Shown piece by piece: positions 1 to 9,823 of a stretch of DNA of 32,000 bases. The stretch covers positions 4,920,001-4,952,000 of the forward strand of contig NZ_CP042911.1 of assembly GCF_008065095.1 (NCBI RefSeq), read 5' to 3'. Every line of letters begins with the position of its first letter. The stretch's first letter is position 1. The notes below the pieces were generated by a model. The model saw nothing but the letters and a program-made list of their open reading frames with translations, ran no database searches and was not told the DNA's origin. Both the position numbers and the translations under genes were made by a program. This DNA comes from Gemmata obscuriglobus (lineage in GTDB: Bacteria; Planctomycetota; Planctomycetia; Gemmatales; Gemmataceae).

Positions 1-3000
1 CTGACCGACGTGACGGCCGAGAAGCGGGTCGAGGAGCAGGTGCGGGCGCAGGCCGCGCGGCTGGAAGCGCTGACGACCAACGCTCACGTTCACATCATCG
101 AACTGGACCGCGCCGGGGTCGTTCAGTACGTGACCCGCACGTCGGCCGGGCGCGCACCGTCGGATGTGCTGGGGCGCCGGCTCATCGACTTCCTGGTCGA
201 AGCGGACCGCGGTCCGATCGCGAAGGCCACGGCCACCGTGTTCGAAACCGGCCGCGCGGTCACCGCCCTGCACTTTACGGCCCCGGACGGCCGCGGCGAG
301 CCGCGCACCTACACCGGGACCCTCTCGCCCGTCCCGGTGCGAGCCGGCGCTCCGGTCGAGCGGGTCGCGCTGGCCGCGTTCGACGTGACGGACCGCAAGC
401 GCGCCGAGGACGAGCGGCGGCGCATCTCCGAGGAGTACACGAACCTGTTCGAGCGGGCCGTGATCGGCGTGTTCCGGTCCACCCGCGCGGGCCGGTACCT
501 GGCGGCGAACGCGGCCCTCGCTCGCCTCTTCGGGTACGCCTCGGCCGCGGACCTCATCGCCGGCGTGACCGACATCAGCGCCCAGTTGTACGCGGACCCG
601 CGGGACCGGGCCGAGTTCCTCCGGCGGCTGAGCGCGAGCGGCGAGGTGTCCGGCTTCGAGTGCGAGGGGCGGCGCCGGGACGGGACCCCGATCTGGGTTC
701 GGTTGGACGCGCGGGCGGTGAGCGGCCCGGACGGGGCCGTTTGTTACCTCGAAGGGTTCGTTCAAGATGTCACCGACCGGAAGCGGGCCGAGGACGCCCT
801 GCGGCAAAACGAAGAGCGGCTCCGGCAGGCGGCGCGGCTGACCGGGTTCGGGGTGTTCGACCACGACCACCGGACCGGGAGCCTGTACTGGTCCCCGCGG
901 GCGTGCGAGATCCACGACTGGCCGACGGACCGGGAGCCGGACCTGGGCGTCGTCACGGAGCGGGTACACCCGGACGACCGGGAGGCGCTGGTCGGGGCGG
1001 TCGCCCGGGCCCACGACCCGGCCGGGAACGGAATGTTCTCGTGCGAGTACCGGATCGTTCGCCCCGACGGCCGGGTGCGCTGGGTCCGGGGCAGCGCGCA
1101 GACCACGTTCGCCGGAACCGGGGCGGGCCGCCGACCGGACCGCACCATCGGGGCCGTTTTGGACGTGACCGAGGCCCACGAGGCGGAGGACGCGCTGCGG
1201 GCCAGCGAGGAGCGGCTCCGGCTCGCGCTGGCGGCGGCCCGGATGGGCACGTTCGACTGGGACCTGCGGGCCGGCCGGGGGGTGTGGTCGGACACGCACT
1301 ACGAGTTGCTCGGGTACCCGCCTGGTGACCGCTTCCCCGTGCGGTTCCACCACTTCATGGACCGGCTGCACCCGGACGACCGGGGCCACGTCGAGACCCT
1401 GATGCGGGCGGCACAGGAGGCCCGCCGCCCGTTCACGAGCGAGGCCCGGGTGGCGCTCCCGGACGGGTCGGTGCGGTGGGTGCTCGGGAGCGGCGAGTTC
1501 CGGTACGCCGCGGACGGGACCGCGGTCCGGATGGTGGGCACCGCGCTCGACATCACCGACCGGAAGCGGGCCGAGGACGCGCTCCGGGAGAGCGAGGAGC
1601 GGTTCCGCAACATGGCCGACCACGCCCCGGTCATGGTGTGGGTGACTGAGGCCGACGGGCGGTGTTCGTTCCTGAGTCAGTCGTGGTACGAGTTCACCGG
1701 GCAGGCGCGCGGCGCGGGGCACGGGTTCGGCTGGCTCGACGCCGTCCACCCGGACGACCGCGGGGGGGTGGAGCGGGCGTTCCTGGCGGCCAACGCGACC
1801 GGCGCGCGGTTCGCCGCCGATTACCGGCTGCGGGACCGGGGCGGCGCGTACCGGTGGGTGCTCGACTCGGCCGCGCCGCGGCGCGGGGCGGGCGGCGCGT
1901 TACTCGGGTACATCGGCTCGGTGCTCGACATCACCGACCGGAAGCGGGCCGAGGACGCGCTCCGGGAGAGCGAGCGCCGGCTGACCCTGGCCATCAGCGC
2001 CACTAGCGATGCCGTGTGGGAGCGGAACTACCGAACGGGCGAGTCGTACTACAGCCCCCGGTGGTACGAGATGCTCGGCCGCGAGCCGGTGCCGATGACC
2101 CGGGAGCTGTGGGAGGAGCTGTGCCACCCCGACGATTTCGCCCCCGCGCTCGCGAGCATCCGGAGCGCCCTCGCCTCCCCCGGCTCCAGCGGGTACGCGG
2201 TCGAGTTCCGGATGCGGCACGCGGACGGCTCGTGGGTGTGGGTGCTGAGCCGGGGCGCGGTGGTCGAGCGGACCCCGGACGGGGCGCCGCTGCTGCTGAG
2301 CGGCACCAACACCGACGTCACCGCCCGCAAGCGGGCCGAGGCCGAGCGGGACGAGCTGCTGGCCCGGCTCCAGCTCCACATCGAGCGGCTGCCGCTGGCC
2401 TACGTGCTGTACGACGCGGAGCTGCGGTACGCCGACTGGAACCCGGCCGCCGAAGCGATCTTCGGGTACACCCGCGACGAGATCCTCGGCCGCCCCCTCA
2501 TGGACCTGGTGCCGCCCGACGCCCGCGCCCACGTGGCCGCGGTCCGCGACCGGCTGCTCGCCGGGGACGTGGCCGCGCGGAGCGTCAACCGCAACGTGAC
2601 CCGGTCCGGCGCGGTCATCCTGTGCGAGTGGTACAACACCCCGCTGCGCCGCCCCGACGGCACCTTCCTCGGCATCCTGTCGATGGCGCAGGACGTGACC
2701 GAGCAGGCGCTGACCCAGGAAGCCTTGCGGCTCAAGGAGCAGTCGCTGCGGCTCGCCCTGGACGCCGGCCGCATGGGCACCTGGGAGTGGGAGCTGGACC
2801 CGCCCCGGCTCACCTGGGACGAGCGCGAGCGGTCCCTGTTCGGGTTCGCCCCGGGCGAGTTCGACGGCCGGCTGGAGACCTTCCTGTCCCGGGTCCACCC
2901 GGAGGACCGGGCCGGCGTCCAACAGGCGCTCGCCGGCGCGCGGGCCGGCGCGGACGTCGACATCGAGTTCCGGATCTGCCGGCCCGACGCCGGCGAGCGC

Positions 3001-3720
3001 TGGGTCCGCGGCACCGGCGCGCCGGTGCCCGGGGCCGGCGACCGGCCGGCCCGGCTCGCCGGCGTCAGCTACGACATCACGGCCCGCAAGCGGGCCGACG
3101 AGCGGACGCTCGCGTCGCTCCGCGAGAAGGAGGCGATGCTCAAGGAGATCCACCACCGGGTGAAGAACAACCTGCAAGTGGTCTCCAGTTTGCTGCACCT
3201 GCAGGCGGCCCGGGTCACCCACCCGGCCGCCGCGGCGGTGCTCGCGGAGAGCCAGAACCGGGTCCGCGCGATGGCCCTCGTCCACGAGGCCCTGTACCGG
3301 TCCGACGACCTGGCCCGCGTGAACCCCGGGCGGTACTTCGGGGAGCTGTGCTCGTACCTGTTCCGCGTGTACGGGGTGGACGCGGCCCGGGTGCGGCTCG
3401 AGCTGGACATCGACCCGGACCCGCTGCCGCTGGACAAGACCATCCCGTGCGGGCTGATCGTCAACGAGGTGGTGTCGAACGCGCTCAAGTACGCGTTCCC
3501 GGACGGGCGCGGCGGCACCGTCCGTGTGGCCCTCCGCACGGCGGGCGGCCGGTTCGCGCTGGCCCTGTCGGACGACGGGGCGGGGCTGCCGCCCGACTTC
3601 GCGGCCGACCGCGCCCCGTCCCTGGGGCTGCGGCTGGTCGGCATCCTGACCGAGCAGTTGGGCGGGCACCTGTCCGTCGAGCGGTCCGGGGGGACCGCGT
3701 TCCTGATCTCCTTCGCGTAA
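1..3720 (+). CDS. Multi-PAS sensor histidine kinase, HisKA_2 type (5' end cut by window edge)
   Basis: Frame 1 is open from base 1. The LTD before the track's GTG at 10 completes a DVTxxKRxE PAS linker, so the gene continues upstream. There are about eight PAS/PAC modules joined by recurring D(I/V)TDRKRAEDALRESEER linkers. The C-terminus carries EIHHRVKNNLQVVSSLLHLQ (HisKA_2 H-box) and the HATPase boxes NALKYAFP, DDGAGLP and GLGLRLV. Stop TAA at 3718-3720. Confidence 0.9.
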   Translation: MTDVTAEKRVEEQVRAQAARLEALTTNAHVHIIELDRAGVVQYVTRTSAGRAPSDVLGRRLIDFLVEADRGPIAKATATVFETGRAVTALHFTAPDGRGEPRTYTGTLSPVPVRAGAPVERVALAAFDVTDRKRAEDERRRISEEYTNLFERAVIGVFRSTRAGRYLAANAALARLFGYASAADLIAGVTDISAQLYADPRDRAEFLRRLSASGEVSGFECEGRRRDGTPIWVRLDARAVSGPDGAVCYLEGFVQDVTDRKRAEDALRQNEERLRQAARLTGFGVFDHDHRTGSLYWSPRACEIHDWPTDREPDLGVVTERVHPDDREALVGAVARAHDPAGNGMFSCEYRIVRPDGRVRWVRGSAQTTFAGTGAGRRPDRTIGAVLDVTEAHEAEDALRASEERLRLALAAARMGTFDWDLRAGRGVWSDTHYELLGYPPGDRFPVRFHHFMDRLHPDDRGHVETLMRAAQEARRPFTSEARVALPDGSVRWVLGSGEFRYAADGTAVRMVGTALDITDRKRAEDALRESEERFRNMADHAPVMVWVTEADGRCSFLSQSWYEFTGQARGAGHGFGWLDAVHPDDRGGVERAFLAANATGARFAADYRLRDRGGAYRWVLDSAAPRRGAGGALLGYIGSVLDITDRKRAEDALRESERRLTLAISATSDAVWERNYRTGESYYSPRWYEMLGREPVPMTRELWEELCHPDDFAPALASIRSALASPGSSGYAVEFRMRHADGSWVWVLSRGAVVERTPDGAPLLLSGTNTDVTARKRAEAERDELLARLQLHIERLPLAYVLYDAELRYADWNPAAEAIFGYTRDEILGRPLMDLVPPDARAHVAAVRDRLLAGDVAARSVNRNVTRSGAVILCEWYNTPLRRPDGTFLGILSMAQDVTEQALTQEALRLKEQSLRLALDAGRMGTWEWELDPPRLTWDERERSLFGFAPGEFDGRLETFLSRVHPEDRAGVQQALAGARAGADVDIEFRICRPDAGERWVRGTGAPVPGAGDRPARLAGVSYDITARKRADERTLASLREKEAMLKEIHHRVKNNLQVVSSLLHLQAARVTHPAAAAVLAESQNRVRAMALVHEALYRSDDLARVNPGRYFGELCSYLFRVYGVDAARVRLELDIDPDPLPLDKTIPCGLIVNEVVSNALKYAFPDGRGGTVRVALRTAGGRFALALSDDGAGLPPDFAADRAPSLGLRLVGILTEQLGGHLSVERSGGTAFLISFA

Positions 3721-3735
3721 CGCCCCGGGTCACTC

Positions 3736-5667
3736 ATGCCCCACCGGATACTGATTGTCGAAGACGAGCGCATCCCCGCGGCGGACCTGGAGCTGCGGCT
3801 CACCGCCCTCGGGTACGAGGTCGTCGGGTCGGTCGCCACCGGCGCCGACGCGCTGCGACTCGCCGGCGAGCGGGCGCCCGACCTGGTCCTCATGGACATC
3901 CGGCTGCGGGGCGACCTCGACGGGATCGCCGCCGCCGACCGGCTCCGCGCCGAGCACTTCGTCCCGGTCGTGTTCCTGACCGCCCACTCGGACGACGAGA
4001 CCCTGAGCCGGGCGCGGGTGGTCGAGCCGTACGGGTACCTGCTCAAGCCGTTCCAGGAGCGGGAGCTGCGGACCGTCATCGAGATGGCCCTGTACAAGCA
4101 CGCGGCCGAGCGCCGGCTGCGGGCCAGCGAGCGCCGGTACGCGACCACGCTCGCCAGCATCGGCGACGGGGTCATCGCGACCGACCGGACCGGCGCGGTC
4201 ACGTTCCTCAACCCGGTGGCCGAGCGGCTCACCGGGTGGCCGCTGGCGGAGGCCGCCGGGCGCGCGCTCCGCGACGTGTTCGTGATCTGCAACGAGGGCA
4301 CCCGGCTGCCGGTCGAGAACCCCGTCGACCGGGTGCTGCGCGAGGGCCGGGTGGTGGGGCTGGCGAACCACACGGTGCTCACCGCGCGCACCGGGGGCGA
4401 GTGCCCGATCGACGACTGCGCCGCCCCGATCCTCGACGACCGCGGGGCGGTGGACGGCGCGGTGCTGGTGTTCCGCGACATCACCGCCCGGCGCCGGCAG
4501 GAGGACGAGAAGGCCCGGCTCGACGAGAAGCTGCGCGAGGGCACCAAGCTGGAGGCGATCGGGCGGCTGGCGGGCGGGGTGGCGCACGACTTCAACAACC
4601 TGCTCACCGTCATCAACGGGTACGCGGACCTGCTCCTGGCCGGGCTCACCGAGCGGGGGCCGCTGTGGGAGCCGCTGGCGGCGATCCAGGACGCCGGGGA
4701 GCGGGCCGCGCGGCTCACCCAGCAGTTGCTCGCGTTCAGCCGCCGGTCGATGGTCGAGCCGAAGGTGCTGGACCTGAACGCGGTGGTCACACACATCGGC
4801 AAGCTGCTGCGGCGGCTGATCGGCGAGGACATCGCCCTGGCGCTCGCGCTGGACCCGCACCTGGCGCCGGTGACCGCGGACCTGGGGCAGATCGAGCAGG
4901 TGATCATCAACCTCGCGGTGAACGCCCGGGACGCGATGCCGGGGGGCGGGCGGCTGACGCTGGAAACCCGCAACGTGGAGGTGCGCGCGGCCGACACGGC
5001 GGCGCAGCCGGACCTGCGCCCCGGGCGGTACGTGCGGTTCACCGTGGCCGACACGGGGGCCGGGGTCCCCGAGGACGTGCGCCCGCACATCTTCGAGCCG
5101 TTCTTCACCACCAAAGGGGTGGGCAAGGGCACCGGGCTGGGGCTCGCAGTGGTTCACGGCGTGGTGAAGCAGGCGGGCGGGCACATCGCGTTGGAGTGCC
5201 CCCCCGGGGCGGGCACCGCGTTCGTCATGCTGTTCCCCGCGGGCACCTCCCGGGACGCGCCCGCCCCCGCTCCCGCCCCGGTCCCGACCGGCGGGAGCGA
5301 AACGATCCTGCTGGTCGAGGACGAGGACCCGGTGCGCAACATCGCCCGCCTCGCGCTGGACGTGCAGGGGTACACGGTGCTGAGCGCCGGCGGCGCGGCA
5401 GAGGCCCTGAAAGTGGCCGCGGCGCACCCGGGCCGCATCGACCTGCTGGTGACCGACGTGGTGATGCCGAACGCGGGCGGCCGGGAACTCGGCGACGCGC
5501 TCCGGGCGGTCCGCCCGGACGTGAAGATCCTGTTCATGAGCGGGTACACCGACGAAGCGGTGGTGCCGGACGGGGCGTTCGGATCGGGCGAGGCGTTCAT
5601 CCAGAAGCCGTTCTCGCCGATCGGGCTGGCCCGCAAGGTGCGAGCGGTACTCGACGCACACGCCTAG
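3736..5667 (+). CDS. Hybrid sensor histidine kinase (REC-PAS-HisKA-HATPase-REC)
   Basis: N-terminal receiver (ILIVEDE, DLVLMDIRL, LLKPF), then PAS (ASIGDGVIATD). HisKA H-box GGVAHDFNNLLTVI. HATPase boxes NLAVNARDAM, DTGAGV and GTGLGLAVVHG. C-terminal receiver (ILLVEDEDPV, DLLVTDVVMP, IQKPF). ATG lies 15 nt after the upstream kinase stop, suggesting an operon. Confidence 0.92.
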   Translation: MPHRILIVEDERIPAADLELRLTALGYEVVGSVATGADALRLAGERAPDLVLMDIRLRGDLDGIAAADRLRAEHFVPVVFLTAHSDDETLSRARVVEPYGYLLKPFQERELRTVIEMALYKHAAERRLRASERRYATTLASIGDGVIATDRTGAVTFLNPVAERLTGWPLAEAAGRALRDVFVICNEGTRLPVENPVDRVLREGRVVGLANHTVLTARTGGECPIDDCAAPILDDRGAVDGAVLVFRDITARRRQEDEKARLDEKLREGTKLEAIGRLAGGVAHDFNNLLTVINGYADLLLAGLTERGPLWEPLAAIQDAGERAARLTQQLLAFSRRSMVEPKVLDLNAVVTHIGKLLRRLIGEDIALALALDPHLAPVTADLGQIEQVIINLAVNARDAMPGGGRLTLETRNVEVRAADTAAQPDLRPGRYVRFTVADTGAGVPEDVRPHIFEPFFTTKGVGKGTGLGLAVVHGVVKQAGGHIALECPPGAGTAFVMLFPAGTSRDAPAPAPAPVPTGGSETILLVEDEDPVRNIARLALDVQGYTVLSAGGAAEALKVAAAHPGRIDLLVTDVVMPNAGGRELGDALRAVRPDVKILFMSGYTDEAVVPDGAFGSGEAFIQKPFSPIGLARKVRAVLDAHA

Positions 5668-5818
5668 CGCCCGAACGCCTCGCCGTTTGCGGAGCCGGGT
5701 CGGTGCGCGAATCGTGCGCGCCAGAATATCGAGGTTTCACTGGCGTCGGCCGCGGCGCCCGGGTATGCTTCATTTCCTTCCCGCCGCCAGCGCCTACCTT
5801 CCGCCCTCGCTCCGAACC

Positions 5819-8278
5819 ATGCGGTCTCTCGTCCTCACTCTCGCGGTGCTCCCGTTCGTTTGCGCGGCACAAGCCCGCGCTGCCGACGGGCTGAGCGTGT
5901 TCCCGTCCGCAGTGACGCTCGACGGCACCGCCGCCCGACAACAACTGGTTGTCACGGAAACGAGCGGCACAACGCTCGCGGACCGCACCGGCGAGGCCGG
6001 CTACCGTAGCAGCGCGCCCGGGGTGGTCGTGGTCAGCGCGGGCGGGCTCGTTACCCCGGTCGGCGATGGCAACGCGGTCGTTACCGTCACCGCGCGCGGG
6101 GTGAGCGCAAAAGTTCCGGTGAAGGTCCGGAACGCCGGCGCGGCCGCGCCCGTGACCTTCGAGCGTGACGTACAACCGATCCTCACCCGGTACGGGTGCA
6201 ACGCCGGCCCCTGTCACGGTAAAGCCCGCGGCCAGAACGGGTTCCAGCTCTCGCTGCTGGCCTACGACAACGACTTCGATTTTCAGGCGATCACCGCCGA
6301 GGCCCGCGGCCGGCGGGTGTTCCCGGCGAACCCGGCGTTCAGCCTGCTGTTGCGCAAAGCGACCGGGCAGGCGCCGCACGGCGGCGGTAAAAAACTCATC
6401 GAGAGCAGTCCGGAGTACCGCGCACTCGCAACGTGGATCGCCAACGGCACGCCGCGCACGCCGGCCAACGCGCCGCGACTCGAAAAGGTCACGGTGTTCC
6501 CCGAGAGCCGGCTCCTCGCGCTGAAGGCGCCCCAGCAACTCGCGGTCACCGCACACTATTCCGATGGCAGCACCCAGGACGTGACGAACCTCGCCCAGTT
6601 CTCGTCGAGCGAGAGCGTGTACGCCGCGGTCAGTGCGGCGGGCGAGGTCCGCGCCGGCCCGATCCCGGGCGAGGCGGCGGTCATGGCCCGGTTCGCCGAG
6701 AAATTCGCGGTGTGCCGCGTACTCATCCCGCTCCCGACCGGCGTCGATGCCGCGGTGTATGAGAGGCTACCGCGAAACAACTTCATCGACGGCTTGGTGT
6801 GGAAGAAGCTCCAACAGTTGAACATCACCCCGTCGGCTCTCGCGACCGACGCACAGTTCCACCGTCGGGCCTATCTCGACGTGATCGGGCGGCTCCCCAC
6901 GCCCGATGAAACGCGCGCGTTCCTGGCCGACCAGGAACCGAAGAAGCGCGAACGGCTCCTCGACGCACTGCTAGAGCGGCCCGAGTACGCCGACTTCTGG
7001 GCCAACAAGTGGACCGACCTGTTGCGCCCGAACCCGTACCACACGGGCATGAAGGCGACGTACAACTTCGACCAGTGGATTCGCAAGAGCTTCCGCGAGA
7101 ACAAGCCCTACGACCAGTTCGTGCGCGAGATCATCACCGCGAACGGGAGCACGTTCACGAACGGGGCCGCCGTCTTCTACCGGAACCGCCGCGAGCCGGA
7201 CGAGTTGACCACGATGGTGAGCCAGTTGTTCCTGGGGGTGCGGCTCGACTGCGCGAAGTGCCACCACCACCCGTTCGAGGTGTGGGGGCAGGACGACTTT
7301 TACAGCTTCGCGGCGTTCTTCGGGCGGATCGGGCGCAGCGGGGTCGGCATCTCGGCGCCGATCAGCGGCAGCGAAGAAGCGGTGTTCCTCGGGAGCGGAA
7401 CGGGCCGGCGCGGCGGCAGCACCGTCAGGCACCCGCTGACCGGCAAGGAGATGACGCCGACGCCCCTGCTGGGCAAACCGCTCGACCTGTCCCCGGACCG
7501 CGACCCCCGCGAGGCGCTGGCGGAGTGGGTGACCGCGCCCGAGAACCCGTTCTTCGCGAAGGTGATCGCGAACCGCGTTTGGGCCGACCTGATGGGCCGC
7601 GGGATCGTCGACCCGGTGGACGACCTGCGGGCCACCAACCCGGCGAGCAACCCCGAACTGCTCGAAGCGCTCGCGACGAACTTTCGCAAGAACAAGTGCG
7701 ACCTGAAATCGCTCGTCCGCACCATTTGCCTGAGCCACGCGTACCAGCTCTCCACGACGCCCAACGACCGCAACGCGAGCGACCTGCGCAACTACTCGCG
7801 CCACTACCGGCAGCGGTTGCGGGCCGAGGTGCTGCTCGACATGGTGAGCGACGTGACCGGGGTGCCGGAGCGGTTCGAGGCGATGCCGACCGGGTCGCGG
7901 GCGGTCGAGGTCTGGACCGCCCGCTCGCAGTCGGTGTTCCTGGACAGCTTCGGGCGCCCGGACCCGAACCAGGACCCGCCGTGCGAGCGCACCGCCGACA
8001 CGACCGTGGTTCAGGCGCTGCACCTGATGAACAGCCCAAACCTGTACCGCAAGGTCACGAGCGACGAGGGCCGCTGCGCCGAACTGGCGAAGGGCAAGAA
8101 GACGCCCGGTGAGATCGCCGACGAGTTGTACCTGCTCGCGTACAGTCGCCTGCCAACAGAAAGCGAGCGCACGAAGGCCGTGAAGCGGTTCGAGAAGCCC
8201 GGCGCAACCCGACGCAGCGCGACCGAAGACCTGCTCTGGGCACTCATCAACACGCCGGAGTTCGTGTTCAACGATTGA
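5819..8278 (+). CDS. Exported PSD1 / DUF1549-DUF1553 family protein with Ig-like (Big_2-like) domains
   Basis: Chosen start is the ATG at 5819, giving a signal peptide MRSLVLTLAVLPFVCAAQA; the ORF is also open from 5687. Two Ig-like segments are present (VTPVGDGNAVVTVTARG; LAVTAHYSDGSTQDVT). DUF1549-type motifs are CNAGPCHGKARGQNGFQLSL and LDCAKCHHHPFE, which contains CxxCH. The DUF1553-type C-terminus is LWALINTPEFVFND. Confidence 0.88.
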   Translation: MRSLVLTLAVLPFVCAAQARAADGLSVFPSAVTLDGTAARQQLVVTETSGTTLADRTGEAGYRSSAPGVVVVSAGGLVTPVGDGNAVVTVTARGVSAKVPVKVRNAGAAAPVTFERDVQPILTRYGCNAGPCHGKARGQNGFQLSLLAYDNDFDFQAITAEARGRRVFPANPAFSLLLRKATGQAPHGGGKKLIESSPEYRALATWIANGTPRTPANAPRLEKVTVFPESRLLALKAPQQLAVTAHYSDGSTQDVTNLAQFSSSESVYAAVSAAGEVRAGPIPGEAAVMARFAEKFAVCRVLIPLPTGVDAAVYERLPRNNFIDGLVWKKLQQLNITPSALATDAQFHRRAYLDVIGRLPTPDETRAFLADQEPKKRERLLDALLERPEYADFWANKWTDLLRPNPYHTGMKATYNFDQWIRKSFRENKPYDQFVREIITANGSTFTNGAAVFYRNRREPDELTTMVSQLFLGVRLDCAKCHHHPFEVWGQDDFYSFAAFFGRIGRSGVGISAPISGSEEAVFLGSGTGRRGGSTVRHPLTGKEMTPTPLLGKPLDLSPDRDPREALAEWVTAPENPFFAKVIANRVWADLMGRGIVDPVDDLRATNPASNPELLEALATNFRKNKCDLKSLVRTICLSHAYQLSTTPNDRNASDLRNYSRHYRQRLRAEVLLDMVSDVTGVPERFEAMPTGSRAVEVWTARSQSVFLDSFGRPDPNQDPPCERTADTTVVQALHLMNSPNLYRKVTSDEGRCAELAKGKKTPGEIADELYLLAYSRLPTESERTKAVKRFEKPGATRRSATEDLLWALINTPEFVFND

Positions 8279-8337
8279 ACGCGACACCATGCCTTGCGAT
8301 CACGGCCCGTTAGTTTGGCGGCTCTCCCGAACACCGA

Positions 8338-9699
8338 ATGCGTGAGGTTCTTTCCGTGCCCACCAACACCAACTGCGCCGGGTTCTCCCGCCGCGACAGC
8401 CTGCAACTCGGCCTCGGCGCGCTCCTCGGGGGCGGGTTGCTCACCGCGTTCCGCGCGCGGGGCTTCGCGGCCGAAGCGGTCAACGCGCCCGCGGCCCGGG
8501 CGAAGTCTTGCATCCTCATCTGGATGGACGGCGGGCCGACGCACTTCGAGACGTTCGACCCCAAGCCGGACGCCCCCGAGGAATACCGCGGCGAGTTCAA
8601 GGCCATCCCGACAGCCGTGCCCGGGGTCCACTTCTCCGAGCACATGACCCGGCTCGCCAAAGGGCTGAGCAAGTTCGCGATGATCCGCTCGATCCGCCAC
8701 GAGCAGGGCAACCACGGGGCCGGCAATCACTACATGATGACCGGCGCGCCGCCGCGCATCCCCGTCGGGTGCGGCGCGTTCGTTAGCTTCCACCCCAGCA
8801 TGGGGTCGGTGGTCGCGCACGAGAAGCCCGCCAGCGGGGGACTGCCGGCGTACTTCTCGCTCCCCTCCATGACGCGGTCCGGCGGGCCGAACTTCCTCGG
8901 CGCGAAGTACGCCCCGTTCGTGGTCGCCGAGGACCCGAGCGGCCGTAACTTCAAAGTTCGTGACGTGGCCCTCCCCGAAGGGCTCACCGGCGAGCGGTTC
9001 GACGACCGCACCGGCGTCCGCAGCGACGTGGACAGCCTGAAGCGGTTCATGGACAAGGCCGCGGGCGACCCGGCGCTGGCGCTCGACGAGCACTACAAGC
9101 AGGCCTACGACCTGATGAACTCGAAGCCCGCGCAGGCGGCGTTCGACATCGCCCGCGAGCCGACAAAGGTGCGCGACACTTACGGCCGCAACGGGTTCGG
9201 CCAGCGCCTGCTCCTGGCCCGGCGGTTGGTCGAGGCCGGGGTGCCGTTCGTCACCGTCAACGACGGCGGCTGGGACCACCACTCCGACCTGTTCGGCGCG
9301 CTCCGGAAGCGGCTCCCGAGCTGGGACCAGTCGGTTTCGGCCCTCATCACCGACCTCGAAGAGCGCGGGATGCTCGACAGCACGCTCGTGATCGCCCTGG
9401 GCGAGTTCGGGCGGACGCCGAAGATCTCCACCCTCCAGGGACAAACCAAGCCCGGCCGCGACCACTGGGCCAACGCGATGAGCGTCCTGTTCGCGGGCGG
9501 CGGCACCCCGGGCGGCACGGTCGTCGGCGCCACTGACCGCAAGGGGTTCGCGGCGGTCGAGCGGGTGCTCGCGCCCGAAAACTTCGTATCGACCGTTTAC
9601 ACCAAACTCGGGATCGACCCGAACAAGATCCTATACAACCCAAACGGCCGCCCGGCCCACCTCGTCAGCGACCCGACGCCGATCAAAGAGCTGATGTGA
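8338..9699 (+). CDS. DUF1501 family protein (sulfatase/phosphatase-like fold) with twin-arginine signal
   Basis: The N-terminus FSRRDSLQLGLGALLGG looks like a Tat signal. Family-typical blocks are ILIWMDGGPTHFETFDPKP, GNHGAGNHYMMTG, GGWDHHSDLF, LGEFGRTPK and GRDHW. It lies 59 nt downstream of the PSD1 gene, the classic pair arrangement. Confidence 0.9.
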   Translation: MREVLSVPTNTNCAGFSRRDSLQLGLGALLGGGLLTAFRARGFAAEAVNAPAARAKSCILIWMDGGPTHFETFDPKPDAPEEYRGEFKAIPTAVPGVHFSEHMTRLAKGLSKFAMIRSIRHEQGNHGAGNHYMMTGAPPRIPVGCGAFVSFHPSMGSVVAHEKPASGGLPAYFSLPSMTRSGGPNFLGAKYAPFVVAEDPSGRNFKVRDVALPEGLTGERFDDRTGVRSDVDSLKRFMDKAAGDPALALDEHYKQAYDLMNSKPAQAAFDIAREPTKVRDTYGRNGFGQRLLLARRLVEAGVPFVTVNDGGWDHHSDLFGALRKRLPSWDQSVSALITDLEERGMLDSTLVIALGEFGRTPKISTLQGQTKPGRDHWANAMSVLFAGGGTPGGTVVGATDRKGFAAVERVLAPENFVSTVYTKLGIDPNKILYNPNGRPAHLVSDPTPIKELM

Positions 9700-9712
9700 G
9701 AGACTAAGAATA

Positions 9713-9823
9713 TTCACCGCAGAGGGCGCAAAGGGCGCAGAGAGAAACATGAGCGCAAGTACCATCCGGAGTTTTCAGCTCTCTGCTTTCTCTCTCTTTG
9801 TCCTTTGCACTCTCTGCGGTGAA
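9713..9823. repeat. Long imperfect palindromic repeat element (35-nt arms, about 38-nt loop)
   Basis: Arm 9713-9747 (ttcaccgcagagggcgcaaagggcgcagagagaaa) pairs with 9789-9823. By hand count that is 29 Watson-Crick pairs, 3 G-U pairs and 3 mismatches. The core GCRCAAAGGGCRCARAR is shared with the 28649-28780 element. Confidence 0.7.

Noticed and set aside
1900-5894. Very long alternative-frame and antisense ORFs (2016-5894 + 1292 aa; 1900-3669 -; 3069-5132 -; 3730-5661 -). Similar ones occur at 6971-8290 -, 8011-9465 -, 19532-20956 - and 29288-31648 +.
   Set aside because: Their translations are monotonously Arg/Pro/Gly/Ala-rich with no domain motifs. They lie exactly over genes with clear kinase or other family motifs. 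These are the stop-poor shadow frames typical of GC-rich DNA.
9713-9823. The palindromic repeats at 9713-9823 and 28615-28780 read as a CRISPR array.
   Set aside because: Each locus is a single hairpin with no regularly spaced repeat-spacer periodicity, and no cas genes are present.
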